A stretch of DNA of 64,000 nucleotides from Octopus sinensis. Lineage: Eukaryota. A model generated the notes under the pieces. The model was not told the origin of the DNA and ran no database searches. It saw only the letters and a list, made by a program, of their open reading frames with translations. The first letter of the stretch is position 1. The number at the start of each line of letters is the position of its first letter. The stretch is taken from the NCBI RefSeq assembly GCF_006345805.1, contig NC_043007.1, forward strand, positions 34,844,001 to 34,908,000, read 5' to 3'. Below, in pieces: positions 51,951 through 64,000 of the stretch. Made by a program: the position numbers and the translations under genes.

Positions 51951-52836
51951 CTGTGTGTCTGTGTATGCATAGGAAATAAAATTTAACTGTGTCTCCACAC
52001 ATGAATATACAACCTGGGTAAGACTTCTGAGGATGACTAGCAGTTATCCATGCATTCTAAGTTTCACTTCTCCACTCAGAATGTAAAGACAAACGAAATG
52101 CCGCTAAGCATTCTACCAGCTTGCCACCTCGATGCTTATTCTAATAATCCTCTCAAAGTTTGGCACAAGGCCAGCAATCTCGGGAGAGAGGACAATTTGA
52201 TTACTTTGACCCTTGTACTCAACTGGTATTTATTTTGTTGATTCTGAAAGAATGAAAAACAAAGTTGACCTCAGTGGAATTTAAACTCAGAACACAAAGA
52301 CGGATAAAATGCTGCTAAGCATTGAATACTTTTAAAAACCAATTTTTAAAAAATTTCTCAAGTCGAAGGGATAACTGACGGTTAAGTAAAAACTAAATTT
52401 GTATTTGAAAATTCATTCACATCCTTATTTGGGATTCCTCATCGTACATATAGATACAGTCTGACCAGTAACATAATTCATTTAAGGAGCTTTAAATAGA
52501 CACACATGGAGGTGTGTGGCTTAGTGGTTAGGGTGTCAGCATCATGATCGTAAGACTGTGGTTTCGATTCCTGGACCGGGCAACGCGATGTGTTCTTGAG
52601 CAAAACACTTCATTTCACGTTGCTCCTGTCCAATCAGCTGGCAAAAATGAGTAATGCTGCAATGGACTGGCGTCTCATCCAGCTGGGGAACACATATGCC
52701 ATTGAAACCGGGAAACCGGGCCCATGAGCCTGGCTAGGCTTTAAAAGGGCACAAATATTTTTTTTTAAATAGACACACACATAGGATTTCATAGAGAGAA
52801 TGTCAGTTTTTAATATTACATATATTAGCACCCAAA

Positions 52837-53229
52837 TCTCTCTATATATAAAGCTGAAGTTGTCTGTGTATGGCAGGTTTGGTAGCTTTCAACTAACACT
52901 ATCTCCTCCGAGACCATGCGGCACAAATTGACCAAAATTGAGAGTATGATAGAAGAAGGCTTGCTCTTCCTTCCGTAGAATAAAAAATTCAAATCGGACC
53001 ATGTTAACAACCAAAATTATTTACATCAAAACGGTGCTTTTTTTCTATGAAAATCCCTATTTTTTACGATTTTTTTTACTGCTGTGTCGCCATTTTTTGG
53101 TGTATTTCAACCAGAAAAAGATTCACTTAAAGAGAATAACAAGCTACATAATGCAAAATTTTTACTTTTCAAAAATTCCAATTCTAAAGCTTCGAAACAA
53201 ACCCGAGCAACGCTGGGCAATACTGCTAG
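52837..53229 (+). mobile_element. Non-autonomous Helitron, family H1
   Basis: A|TC ... CCCGAGCAACGCTGGG ... CTAG|T. Confidence 0.8.
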
Positions 53230-53996
53230 TTAATATATACTTTTTAGTCGGCGAGCTGGCAGAAACGTTAGCGTGCTGGGCGAAATGTTTAGCGGTATTT
53301 CGTCTGTCGTTATGTTCTGAGTTCAAATTCCGCCGAGGTCGACTTTGCCTTTCATCCTTTCGGGGTCGATAAATAAAGTACCAGTTTTGCAACTGGGGTC
53401 ATTGTAATTCCCTTGTCCTTGTTTGTCCCCTCTATGTTTAGCCCCTTGTGGGCAGTAAAGAAATATATATTTTTTAATCTTGATTCAAACAAGCATGACT
53501 GCAAGAATGAATACATTAATCCTAAAATGGTAACTAAGAGAAAATCTATGTACTTCTAACGTCTTTTTTTTACTTTTATATCAGCTACTGAGAGTACAAA
53601 TATGACTATTACAATTTTCTGTTTATGAATACCTGAGTCTTTTTGTATGAAACAAATTGTATAGCAACATGAAAAATAAAAACTATAATCCATTTTAACA
53701 TATAATCTCCTCCATTACATAAATATGAATGAATTTGTTGAACTGTGTGATTAATAAGTTAAATCATATACTGATTATTTCTATGCAAGTTTTCATACCT
53801 GTATAAATTTATATAAGTAAATTCAAAAGTAAAATATGAAGGAAAGACATTAGAAATCTTTGGAAATAACTCCAATTAAAGAACGAACTCACATTCATCC
53901 TATAAAAATATATGTAAAAAAATATATATAATATATAAAAATATGTGACAGACAGACAGATATTTATATAAGTATGTATGTATGTATGTATATTTG

Positions 53997-54385
53997 ATGA
54001 AAATGTTGATATTCACTGATTAAATCATTTACAGAAAATTGGCAAATTTTGGTTATCGTCTACACGAAAAGTTCGTGAATTTCTCTCATTCAAACTTCTC
54101 CGATCCATTACAAATAAGGGGAAATAATTTCCTTGATGCCTGTCACTAACAGACGTACCTAACATTTTGCAAGATTAAAAATAGTTGTCGTCTTGTAGGT
54201 GCCAAAAAACTTGGTGAAAATGTTGATGACTTTCATTGAAACAGGCTAAAACATGTTCAGAAAATTTTGTGCTTTCTTGTGGAAAAATTAGTTGTCATTT
54301 CCATGGAGAGTTCTTGAATTTTTCCCATTCAAACTTCTTTGATTCATTTCTAATAAGTGTAAGTAATTTTCTTGATGCCTGGCTT
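53997..54385. repeat. Diverged tandem duplication, period ~220-240 bp
   Basis: TGAAAATGTTGAT, CAGAAAATT, CATTCAAACTTCT and CTTGATGCCTG each occur twice in the same order. Confidence 0.65.
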
Positions 54386-54769
54386 TACCCAATATGTTAG
54401 AAATGTGTAGGCAGGAATTTCATTCTGTGCTTTTAATGCAAGCTACAGACACAAGAATTTGTTGTTGTTTGTTCCTTCTCGAGCCATGCCCGGCTCATAA
54501 GGGCCGGTTTCCTGGTTTCTTGGTGTATAGGTTCCCCACTTGGACGGGACGCCAGTCCGTCGCAGGTGAGCTGCAAGATGCAGGAGGAAAGAGTGAAAGA
54601 AAGTTGTGGCGAAAGAGTCAGCAGAAGTTTCACCATTACCCTCTACCAGAGCCGCATGGAGCTTAGGTGTTTCACTCATAAACACACACATCGCCCAGTC
54701 TGAGATTCGAACCCACGATCCCTCGACCGCGAGTCTGCTGCTCTAACCACTAGGCCATGTGCCTCAACA

Positions 54770-55360
54770 GACACAAGTGTTGCAGTGGAATCACAGGAAA
54801 GTCTACAGATATATGGGAAATTGATTTCCTCAACTACCCCAGAGGCTCTCTAGAGGTAGTAGAAAATTTCTGTTACCCAGGTGACCTAATTAACAGGGAA
54901 GAGAATGTTTCTGAAAGTATAGCTGATAGAATAAGAATAGGATGGAGAAAAATCGGAGCGCTTTTACCTCTGTAAGCAACCCCCAGTCTCTCTCTCCATC
55001 GCATGGTAGTGAAATGTGGGGCCTAAGTGCAGGAGACATGCAAAAACTATAGGGGAATGAAGCTAGTATGCTCTGTTTGATGTGTAATGTCTGTGTACAT
55101 GTACAAGGGAGTAGTGAGAGAAAAGTTGGGCATAAGAAGAATTGGATGTTGTGTGCTGGTTTGGTCTTGTGATGCATATGGACAAGGAAAGTTGCATAAA
55201 GAAGGGCTGGTCACTTAAAGTGGATGGAATTTGTGGAAGTGGGAGACCCAGGAAGACATGAGATGATGAAGGCTGATGTCAAGACACTGAGCCTTATGGA
55301 GGAAATGACAAAGGACCAAGGTGGCTGGCGCTCTGCTGTGCTCAAGAGAACCTGTCCACC
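54770..55360 (+). mobile_element. Degraded RTE LINE 3' region
   Basis: SLEVVENFCYPGDLI...ESIADRIRIGWRK and, downstream, GRPRKT*. Confidence 0.8.
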
Positions 55361-55589
55361 TCTTCAGAATTGATATATTAATATCACCTCAGTAAATGCT
55401 TGTACATGCAAGGCTCTGCCCCATCTCCATTCTCTCTACCTCATCAAGCATTTCCTCCACACCTCATCCCCTAGCATTCATCGCTTCTCTAACTACCTTA
55501 ATCACCTGAGAGCAGAACAAGCACATGCTACACCCCCACCCTTTCTTTACCTCCCTCTTCTTTCTCCCACCCATAGAACCACTTCCAGT

Positions 55590-56175
55590 CTCTCTCTCCA
55601 ATTACACTAAAAATAAGATAAATAGTAATAAAAATATTTGGTTAATTCTTCCATACAGGAGACAAATTAAATCTAATCTCCCATTGCTGTTTCATGAAGC
55701 TATTATGAGGAATTTTGCAAAGAATTCTAGGTATTACTCTATTATCAATTCACATACGGTTAGAATTGGTTTTTCCAACACAAAAAATCTCTTACAAATT
55801 ATCTCTTCACATAATAACAACCTGTTAAATATTAATACATTTACTAATACTAACATTAACTTAGCTAATAACATCCATTCCTCTAGAAATATTGATAACA
55901 AGGTTATTGTATCTGAAGTCAATTCCAAAAGAATTAAGTTTATGTCAAGTAACTCTAAAATTAAAAATTCTATATACCAGTGTAAAATAAGTACCCATAA
56001 TAAAGTAAGATTTTACATTGGAAGCACGTCATTACAGTTATCTAAAAGAATTTCTATCCATTACTCAATATTTAGGGATAGAAATAAACGTAACAGTACA
56101 GGGCTCAGTAAATTAATTTGGGATCTAAAAGACCATAATGAACAATTTAATTTAGAATGGTTGATTCTCTCAATC
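55590..56175 (+). pseudogene. Penelope-like element C-terminal region with GIY-YIG endonuclease
   Basis: Open frame: IINSHTVRIGFSNTKNLLQIISSHN...SIYQCKI...FYIGSTSLQLSKRISIHYSIF...STGLSKLIWDLKD...LEWLIL. Confidence 0.88.
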
Positions 56176-56284
56176 TTGATAAGTGCTGGGGTTGAATTGT
56201 TCGACTAAAGGTGGTGCTCCAGCATGGCCACAGTCAAATCACTGAAACAAGTAAAAGAATAAAAGTATAAAAGAATATGTGTGC

Positions 56285-56344
<60 letters not shown>

Positions 56345-56346
<2 letters not shown>

Positions 56347-57622
56347 GGAGGGGAGAGGGTGGGGAAATGTTTTTAGTCAATGAGGAGAAAGAAAATATAC
56401 ATACGTAAAGAGAGTAAGAAAGAGAGGGAAAGAATTGTGGTGGCTACTATAAGTTTTGTCAATAGAGGACTATATAGTGTGTGATCAGCATGTTTATGAT
56501 ATGAAGTGGTGGAGGTCTATGTTGGCGTATGTACTTGTAAGTTTATGGAGAGAGTGGGGAGGCAATTGGAATAAAAATGAAGTAAAATTTTTTTTAATGG
56601 TGAAGAAAAATACGGAGAAGTGTGTAATTGACAATAAATGAATTAAAGGGGAGAAATGTTGTTGGTTTATTTATTACATAGTGGTAGTGAGGGTGGATAA
56701 GAGGGAAATTTATGAAGGTTAGGGTGAAAGAGCATGGTGAGGTAATTATTTGTATTTTGAGAATAGATTTAGTGACCAATGTTTGCAGGTGAATATTATA
56801 CAGCTGCGTTCATTAAGACAATCCATGGATTGCAGAATAGCCAAGACCTCGGCTATGCAGAGATCAGACTTGTTATTATAACTGCTATAAGGTTTGGCGT
56901 GGGTGAATATGGACCATTTGAGAGTGTAAGGAGTTGAATCAAGAGTTAGTTTACTGATAAGTTGAGATAATGATGTACTGTTGGATTTTTGTTTGTGACT
57001 TGAAGCTGGAGTAGTGGTTGTTCATTCTAGCTTTGAAAGTGGTGCTACATGAGCCAATATAAATGTAGTTACAGTTATCAGTTAATACTGTGCACCTATA
57101 AGCTATGTTTTTTGTGAAACAGTAGTTATCTAAAGGGCAGGAGATTGGGTGTCTGAAGCTGCATAGGTTTGTAGGGGGTGTTCCAGATAAACCTGTGGGG
57201 AATTGTTATTTAGTGAGGAATCAGTGTTATGTTCATTATTATTGCTTGTGTTAAGATTAGTATTATTAAGGAGTTGAGGGTGGTGTTGTGGAGTTGTATA
57301 ATAAGATAGTTATTGTGTCTAGTGGTATCCTCTGTGTTGTTCTTTATTTTTACAGGAAGTATTGTTGGGTGTTGTGGTAAATTTAAGGATCAGGTGTTAG
57401 CAGTGCAATTATAGTTAGAGTTATGAGGGTTAGTGTTGCTAAGGAGGTCAGTTGGTGTTTTGGGTTTATAAGTATAGAGCTGGGGGTTATTTTGAGTTAA
57501 CTTTTTAGGGTGGAGGTTAGCTGGTTGTGGATTTCTAAGTTTCTTGTTAAGATGTTGGATAACTCCAGCAATGTTGGCAGTGGTAGAATAGGACAGTTCT
57601 ATAGATTGGGGGTTAAATATTG
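56345..57622 (-). pseudogene. Penelope-like element 3' end (GIY-YIG and UTR) abutting (TA)n
   Basis: Minus strand NPQSIELSYSTTANIAGVI ... CSFRHPISCPLDNYCFTKNIAYRCTV...YIYIGSCSTTFKARMNNHYSSF ... LKWSI. Confidence 0.88.
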
Positions 57623-57853
57623 TGTGTGTGAGTAATAATATCTAAATTCATTTAGTATGCAAGCAACTACAGACAACTACCAAAATGTATCTTGATGGAA
57701 ATAAGCAAAACAGAGATTTAAAAAATGAGGTACATTTTGATAAGTCACCTGACAAGACATGTCTGCAGCATTGATGCACCACAAATTTCACCCATGAGGG
57801 ACTGATACCTCTTAAGTGAAAATGACCATAGTGATTAATAAATAATCTCGTGA

Positions 57854-57910
<57 letters not shown>

Positions 57911-57934
57911 GTAAATCAAATTTCACAATATATA

Positions 57935-58215
57935 ATACATGTATATAAATTAGAGAAGAATCATCATTATATACTATTCAACAATGATATACTTAAATCA
58001 TACCATATAGAAAAAAATTAAAGATACGATGAAACATTTATTTAGAACTAAATAAAGTACAAAATAATAAATAAATAGTATATAATTAGTAAATAGACTA
58101 CACATTTATTTCTATTTAAATGTTTTATTGCATCTTAAATTTTTTTCTATATTGTATGATTTAATCATATCATTGTTGAATTGCTACATGGTGGTTCTCT
58201 GATTTATATACATAT
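57935..58215. repeat. Diverged AT-rich fold-back element (~115-bp arms) in (TA)n
   Basis: TTCAACAATGATAT..TTAAATCATAC..TATAGAAAAAAATT versus AATTTTTTTCTATA..GTATGATTTAA..ATATCATTGTTGAA. Confidence 0.75.
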
Positions 58216-59109
58216 ATATATGGCCTGCTCGCATAGCCAGCGGGGTGGTGTCATTCGAAGGCTAAAACAATGCGAAGCACATTGTGACCAGCGATGTGTA
58301 ACAACATCTGATGGTCTGATCGGTCACGTGATCACGTGATATATATATATGTATATGTATATATATACAGTTTATATGTGTGTGTGTATCATCTGTTTGT
58401 TTTCTACACCACCTGTCTTCGTCTTTTGTTTTTTTCGTGAATTCTTGCTATATATATGTGTGTGCATATATATAAATGTATGTATGTATATGTACATCTT
58501 TACATATCCATATATAGTTCTTCAGTAATTTTAATAAATCAATCGATTAAGTACTCTCTTTCATTATTCATAACTTCTTGGCAATGAATTCTTTCACTCC
58601 CTTGTCAATACCTGTTTAGTTTCATAAGACGCACATGATTAAATATAACACTAAAAACATTAAAATTATTAATTTGTATTTACAAATTTTAAGAAAAATG
58701 TTCAAATAATAGGCGCAGGAGTGGCTGTGTGGTAAGTAGCTTGCTAACCAACCACATGATTCCGGTTTCAGTCCCACTGCGTGGCATCTTGGGCAAGTGT
58801 CTTCTGCTATAGCCCCGGGCCGACCAATGCCTTGTGAGTGGATTTGGTAGACGGAAACTGAAAGAAGCCTGTCGTATATATGTATATATATATATATGTG
58901 TGTGTGTATGACAACCGATGCTTGACAACCGATGCTGGTGTGTTTACGTTCCCGTAACTTAGTGGTTCGGCAAAAGAGGCCGATAGAATAAGTACTGGGC
59001 TTACAAAGAATAAGTCCCGGGGTCGATTTGCTCGACTAAAGGCGGTGCTCCAGCATGGCTGCAGTCAAATGACTGAAACAAGTAAAAGAGTAAAAGAGAA
59101 AGAGTAAAT

Positions 59110-59632
59110 ATTCATTACAACCAGTTTACGTTGCACTAGGTGACAGAATTCTCAGGGTCTTGATCTGAGGAATTCATTGAGCCATGTTTTCACCTCCCTG
59201 TTGTTGCTGAACAAGACACCTCACAAACCGTTGGGGAGCAAGTGAAAGAGGTGATAATCTGAAAGCATTATATCTCAAGAATTTGGTGGATCTGATAGAA
59301 CTTCCTTCTCAGGCTCTTGAATGGCATCTCTATATATATAAACGGCAAAATGTCTGTCTGTGTGTGTGTCCTTTATACAAATCCACAATTTTTCAGTTAG
59401 ACGGCTCGCACTTTCTATGGTCATTCAAAACCGTCCAAGGGTGGTCGTGCACATCTTTACATTTCCCCAGTCACCCCACAAAGCCATTAAAAAATCAATA
59501 GAAGTGACTTTTTTGTGAATTTTCTATCAAAAGCCCAATCAAAATGACCGAAACTTGATACGCCAATTGAATGCCAGCTAGCTGTATGTGATTGGTCGGA
59601 GATTTGGACAGTACTCGCGTGTATATATATAT

Positions 59633-59691
<59 letters not shown>

Positions 59692-60402
59692 TATCTTTAC
59701 ATATACATATATACATACATATATAGTTCTTCAGTAATTTTAATAAATCAGTCATTTTAAGTATGACCCGTTGCCGGGTCATAGTGCTAGTTTTTCATAA
59801 AATTTGTGATGTGAAGGAAAGCATTGTGGTGTTGAAGACACATGTCTCACTGGTCAGGTTATTTTAGTTGGCTTTCCAAGTTTTTGGACATTATATCCAC
59901 TGAGTGAAAGTGGTGGGTGACAGTATCATGAGAACATTCCGTCTGTTGGGCCAATTCCTGAGTGAACTGGCATGGATCCTCATGGATAAAATTCTTCAAT
60001 TGGTCATCAATGAACAGAACAGGTCAGCTGTAAAGTGGAAAGTCTGTAAGGTTGAATTTTTCCACTTCGATGTGTCCAAACCATTTCTGTATAGTTCTTT
60101 TAATAATAGCATTTTCACCATACACATGACAAATGTCTCAAGTGGCTTTGTCAACATTGGAACTTTGGTAAAAAGCAATAAGAAGCAGATGTTGAAAATG
60201 TTCAAATTTTTAATACTTGACATTCCATTGTCATGTCTGAAAAGAGGAAAAATTTATTCAAATTTCAAAAACAATAAACAAATAATTATGGAGGAAGAAT
60301 ACCTCTAGGAAAAGAACGATAGAAAATACTATGATAGAAATATTTTTTGTTTTAATTTAAATAACATTGCAAAGAAAAGAACAAATTCTGACAACCCTAT
60401 AT
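59110..60402 (-). pseudogene. mariner transposase relic, internally deleted and split by Helitron H2
   Basis: Terminus TATAGGGTTGTCAG at ~60400. N-terminus DICHVYGENAIIKRTIQKWF...QFTQELA. C-terminus PPNS*DIMLSDYHLF...VKTWLNEF at 59160-59325. Confidence 0.8.
59327..59790 (+). mobile_element. Non-autonomous Helitron, family H2
   Basis: A|TC start, hairpin TATGACCCG ttgc CGGGTCATA, ends CTAG|T. Confidence 0.85.
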
Positions 60403-60468
60403 ATGTGTGTGTATGTGTGCGTCTGTGTGTGTGTGTATGTGTTATATGTGTTATATTTATATATGTTT

Positions 60469-60502
<34 letters not shown>

Positions 60503-60580
60503 AAACATATATAAATATATACATATATAAATATATATATATATATATATACATATATAAATATATACATATATAAATAT

Positions 60581-60630
<50 letters not shown>

Positions 60631-60774
60631 AGAGCAATAAAGATTCAAGTTAATTTAAAAAAATTTACTTGAATATGGTACCTAACTTAGATGCACCAAA
60701 AAAAACCATACTGATTTAACAATACAGTAATGTGGGGTGATTATAAGCGAGAAAGAAGCAACAAGAATGGATAG

Positions 60775-60869
60775 GTATTTAGTACGATCGTTCATACAAG
60801 GACAGGTTTTATTAAAAGTTGCAAAGATTACAGCATATAAACGAGTCCCGTACTCATCAGCTAAAATAC
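60775..60869 (-). ncRNA. Type I hammerhead motif, left-arm copy (GAA instead of GAAA)
   Basis: Reverse complement of 62898-62993 lacking one A of the conserved GAAA. Confidence 0.6.
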
Positions 60870-62897
60870 ATGTAAGTTCTCTAGACATCCTAGTGTTTGA
60901 GGCTATACTCATGAAGTAATGTAGATAATTAAACAGATTTCTAAAGTTCATTAAAGTTCTTTAAAGATGATGTACAGTCTTATCACAGAATTTTAAAAAA
61001 GTTTTGATAGCATCACAGAGAAGGTGACCTAATCCATATGAATTTCCATAGATATGATGAGGGATTATATACTCACAGAAGACAAATTATCCATTGTTAA
61101 TTACAACGAGGTGGGTCTCAATTCCTGCTTATTAGCATTACAGAGAGGGTGAATTAATCCTTTGTATGTATGCACAGATTCCAATGGTGTAGATGTAAAT
61201 TTCCAGAGAAATGGAGATGAATTTCATATTCACAGGCGATAAATTTTACAATGGTTGAACACAATGAGGTAGGTATCAATCCTTGTTATATGATTAGGTG
61301 TTTGCCACATTAATCACATTACTGCTATTCACAAGAGGCTGTAGCTATTTAACTCTTAAAGGCTGAAGGGCTTACTAGATCGGCCAAGAATAGAGAAGGG
61401 AATAGAAGAAAAGAGAGAAAATAATGGAGGAGGGAGCAAAAAGGGGGGGGGAAGGGGGACTAAAAGAGAAGAGAAAAGGAAACAGAGAATAAGAAGAAGA
61501 AAAAGAAAAAAGAGAAAAGAGAAAGAAATAGGGAAAGAAGGGAAAAAAAAGAAAAGGAAAAAAAGAGGGTTCTAGTTATACAGAAGAGTTCGTAGACTGT
61601 AAGTCTGGTTTTAATCAGAGGTTAATTGAGGCTTTATTTAATTTCAAACTCACAATTTTTAAATTCTTAATTTTAAATCTTAATTGTAATATTTAATTTT
61701 AATTCCTAACTTAATCTAATTTAAATAGCATAACTCTAATAAATTATAATTAGTTATTGTAGCCCCATAATTCTATTTCATAATTAAATAAATAAGGCTA
61801 TTCCCTCGGTGATAATATGATTATCTTCATTATGATAGACAATCCCCTAACACCTTGTAAATGATCTTATAAGATTTGACCTGTAGTCAGTCAATGTATG
61901 AATAATAACGACAACTCCTTAAGACAATAAAATGAATAAATTAAATAAGTAAATTTTTAATGACTTTTTGATAAGATTATACTTAGATTTTCCTAATGTA
62001 TTTTCTGGTGATTTTAGCATCTGACCCCTTAACCCCTGACTGTGTTATCTCTTTAGATTCTCTTTAAACTCATAGCTGATTTCAACAGCAATAAATTAAC
62101 GGTTTACTGGTCAAAGAATAATATTCTCCTCTAGTTCCTAGATGCCTGTTGATTAAAACCAGACTTACAGTCTACGAACTCTTCTGTATAACTAGAACCC
62201 TCTTTTTTTCCTTTTCTTTTTTTTCCCTTCTTTCCCTATTTCTTTCTCTTTTCTCTTTTTTCTTTTTCTTCTTCTTATTCTCTGTTTCCTTTTCTCTTCT
62301 CTTTTAGTCCCCCTCCCCCCCCCTTTTTGCTCCCTCCTCCATTATTTTCTCTCTTTTCTTCTATTCCCTTCTCTATTCTTGGCCGATCTAGTAAGCCCTT
62401 CAGCCTTTAAGAGTTAAATAGCTACAGCCTCTTGTGAATAGCAGTAATGTGATTAATGTGGCAAACACCTAATCATATAACAAGGATTGATACCTACCTC
62501 ATTGTGTTCAACCATTGTAAAATTTATCGCCTGTGAATATGAAATTCATCTCCATTTCTCTGGAAATTTACATCTACACCATTGGAATCTGTGCATACAT
62601 ACAAAGGATTAATTCACCCTCTCTGTAATGCTAATAAGCAGGAATTGAGACCCACCTCGTTGTAATTAACAATGGATAAATTTGTCTTCTGTGAGTATAT
62701 AATCCCTCATCATATCTATGGAAATTCATATGGATTAGGTCACCTTCTCTGTGATGCTATCAAAACTTTTTTAAAATTCTGTGATAAGACTGTACATCAT
62801 CTTTAAAGAACTTTAATGAACTTTAGAAATCTGTTTAATTATCTACATTACTTCATGAGTATAGCCTCAAACACTAGGATGTCTAGAGAACTTACAT

Positions 62898-62993
62898 GTA
62901 TTTTAGCTGATGAGTACGGGACTCGTTTATATGCTGTAATCTTTGCAACTTTTAATAAAACCTGTCCTTGTATGAAACGATCGTACTAAATAC
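62898..62993 (+). ncRNA. Type I hammerhead ribozyme motif
   Basis: GTATTTTAG-CTGATGA-GTACGGGAC...GTCCTTGTAT-GAAA-CGATCG-TA-CTAAATAC. Palindromic helix III ACGATCGT. Predicted cleavage after A62985. Confidence 0.82.
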
Positions 62994-63067
62994 CTATCCA
63001 TTCTTGTTGCTTCTTTCTCGCGTATATATATATATATTATATATATATATATATGTATATATGAATG

Positions 63068-63119
<52 letters not shown>

Positions 63120-63125
<6 letters not shown>

Positions 63126-63420
63126 AAAGTGGTCTTTTGCCACTGTTGTATCTGTCTTTTGACAATGGTGTCACTCTGACAGATATTGTTTTATTCCAAA
63201 ATTGTTGATAGAATGGTTCTATCTGGCACTGTACAACCTCCAGTCATACAATATTAATATCCTTGACGTCCACTCAGTATCACAGTATAATTACTATATC
63301 AGCACAAACACGACTATCAACACAGTCTACACATACTGTCAACCTTCCAACCTTTTTCCTCAGTCGATTGTCTATTTATAATGGCTGGCTACTACCACTT
63401 TTTATATAAATAAGGATAAG
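63120..63420 (-). mobile_element. Solo LTR related to the 39856-41036 element
   Basis: Minus strand AAAAAGTGGTAG..CCAGCCATTATAAATAGA ... CCACTTTACAACA. Confidence 0.7.
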
Positions 63421-63639
63421 ATCGTTAATTTAAATATCGATCTTATCAAGTGGCCAGCATGGAAATAAAAACCTTCAAAGGTAATAATTATTATTAAAAT
63501 TATAATTTAGGGTATCTAAGAGATACCTCCACGCTGGAAATAGTAGCCAAAACTTGACTCTAAAACCACATTAAATGTTCATACAGCACCAGGAGAGAAG
63601 ACAAAAGGACAAAATAAACTACCAAAAAATTACTGGATA

Positions 63640-63697
63640 ATTCCAGATCCCGGATTTCTGGCTTTGCATAAGAAATGCTTTGCCTCATCAGTGGAAT
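63640..63697 (-). ncRNA. Type I hammerhead ribozyme motif (variant)
   Basis: Minus strand ATTCCA-CTGATGA-GGC AAA GCAT ttctt ATGC AAA GCC-A-GAAA-TCCGGGA-TC-TGGAAT. Perfect 6-bp stem I. Confidence 0.72.
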
Positions 63698-64000
63698 ATA
63701 CACAGATAATAGCATAAATGCACATATATACATATAGCATACGAATACTTACATATACGAACGTATACATATATATATATATGCACGTATGCACACAACC
63801 AGTTTAAATTGCCCACCTATAACTCCTTGTGCAATATGGTCAAAACAGCACCGCAGTAAATACAATGATGAAATAAATATAAAATTTATATAAAGTTTTG
63901 GCTGCTATTTCCAGTGTGGCATCAAATTGTTGGAAATTGATGGAAAGTTACAGAGAGAGCCAGAGTCAAACTAATTAGGGAGAGAGTTAGTCTAGATGTG

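Larger units (their letters stand above)
60629..63021. mobile_element. Non-coding inverted-repeat element in (TA)n, probably Penelope-related
   Basis: Arms 60747-61617 and 62150-63021 are reverse complements (I saw only three 1-nt indels). 532-bp spacer. (TA)n on both flanks. Confidence 0.85.

Noticed and set aside
60682-60951. 89-aa ORF in the left arm of the inverted element
   Set aside because: It overlaps the hammerhead, is frameshifted and truncated in the right-arm copy, and has no recognisable domain.

Overview
This is AT-rich, microsatellite-dense animal DNA, most likely octopus or another coleoid cephalopod (my recognition of its SINE families, not database-verified). I cannot identify any host protein-coding exon. 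The window looks intronic or intergenic and is almost entirely nested transposable elements and simple repeats: four abundant SINE families, RTE, CR1, Tx1-like and R4/Dong LINE fragments, three Penelope GIY-YIG endonuclease relics, mariner and piggyBac transposase relics, hAT and piggyBac MITEs, non-autonomous Helitrons and an internally deleted Gypsy-type LTR element. Nearly all ORFs in the supplied track are repeat artefacts. The most notable signal is a set of minimal type I hammerhead ribozyme (HHR) motifs with palindromic or near-palindromic helix III, carried by at least four unrelated non-coding elements that mostly sit in or beside (TA)n. One is a 2.4-kb element with ~870-bp, nearly identical inverted arms and an outward-facing hammerhead in each arm. 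Other notable items: a twin-priming-type 5'-inverted RTE insertion, a fold-back inversion in a mariner element, two ~310-bp tandem units carrying tRNA-like Pol III cassettes, and an R4/Dong cluster targeted to (TAA)n. Element boundaries were read by eye and are approximate unless stated as exact.
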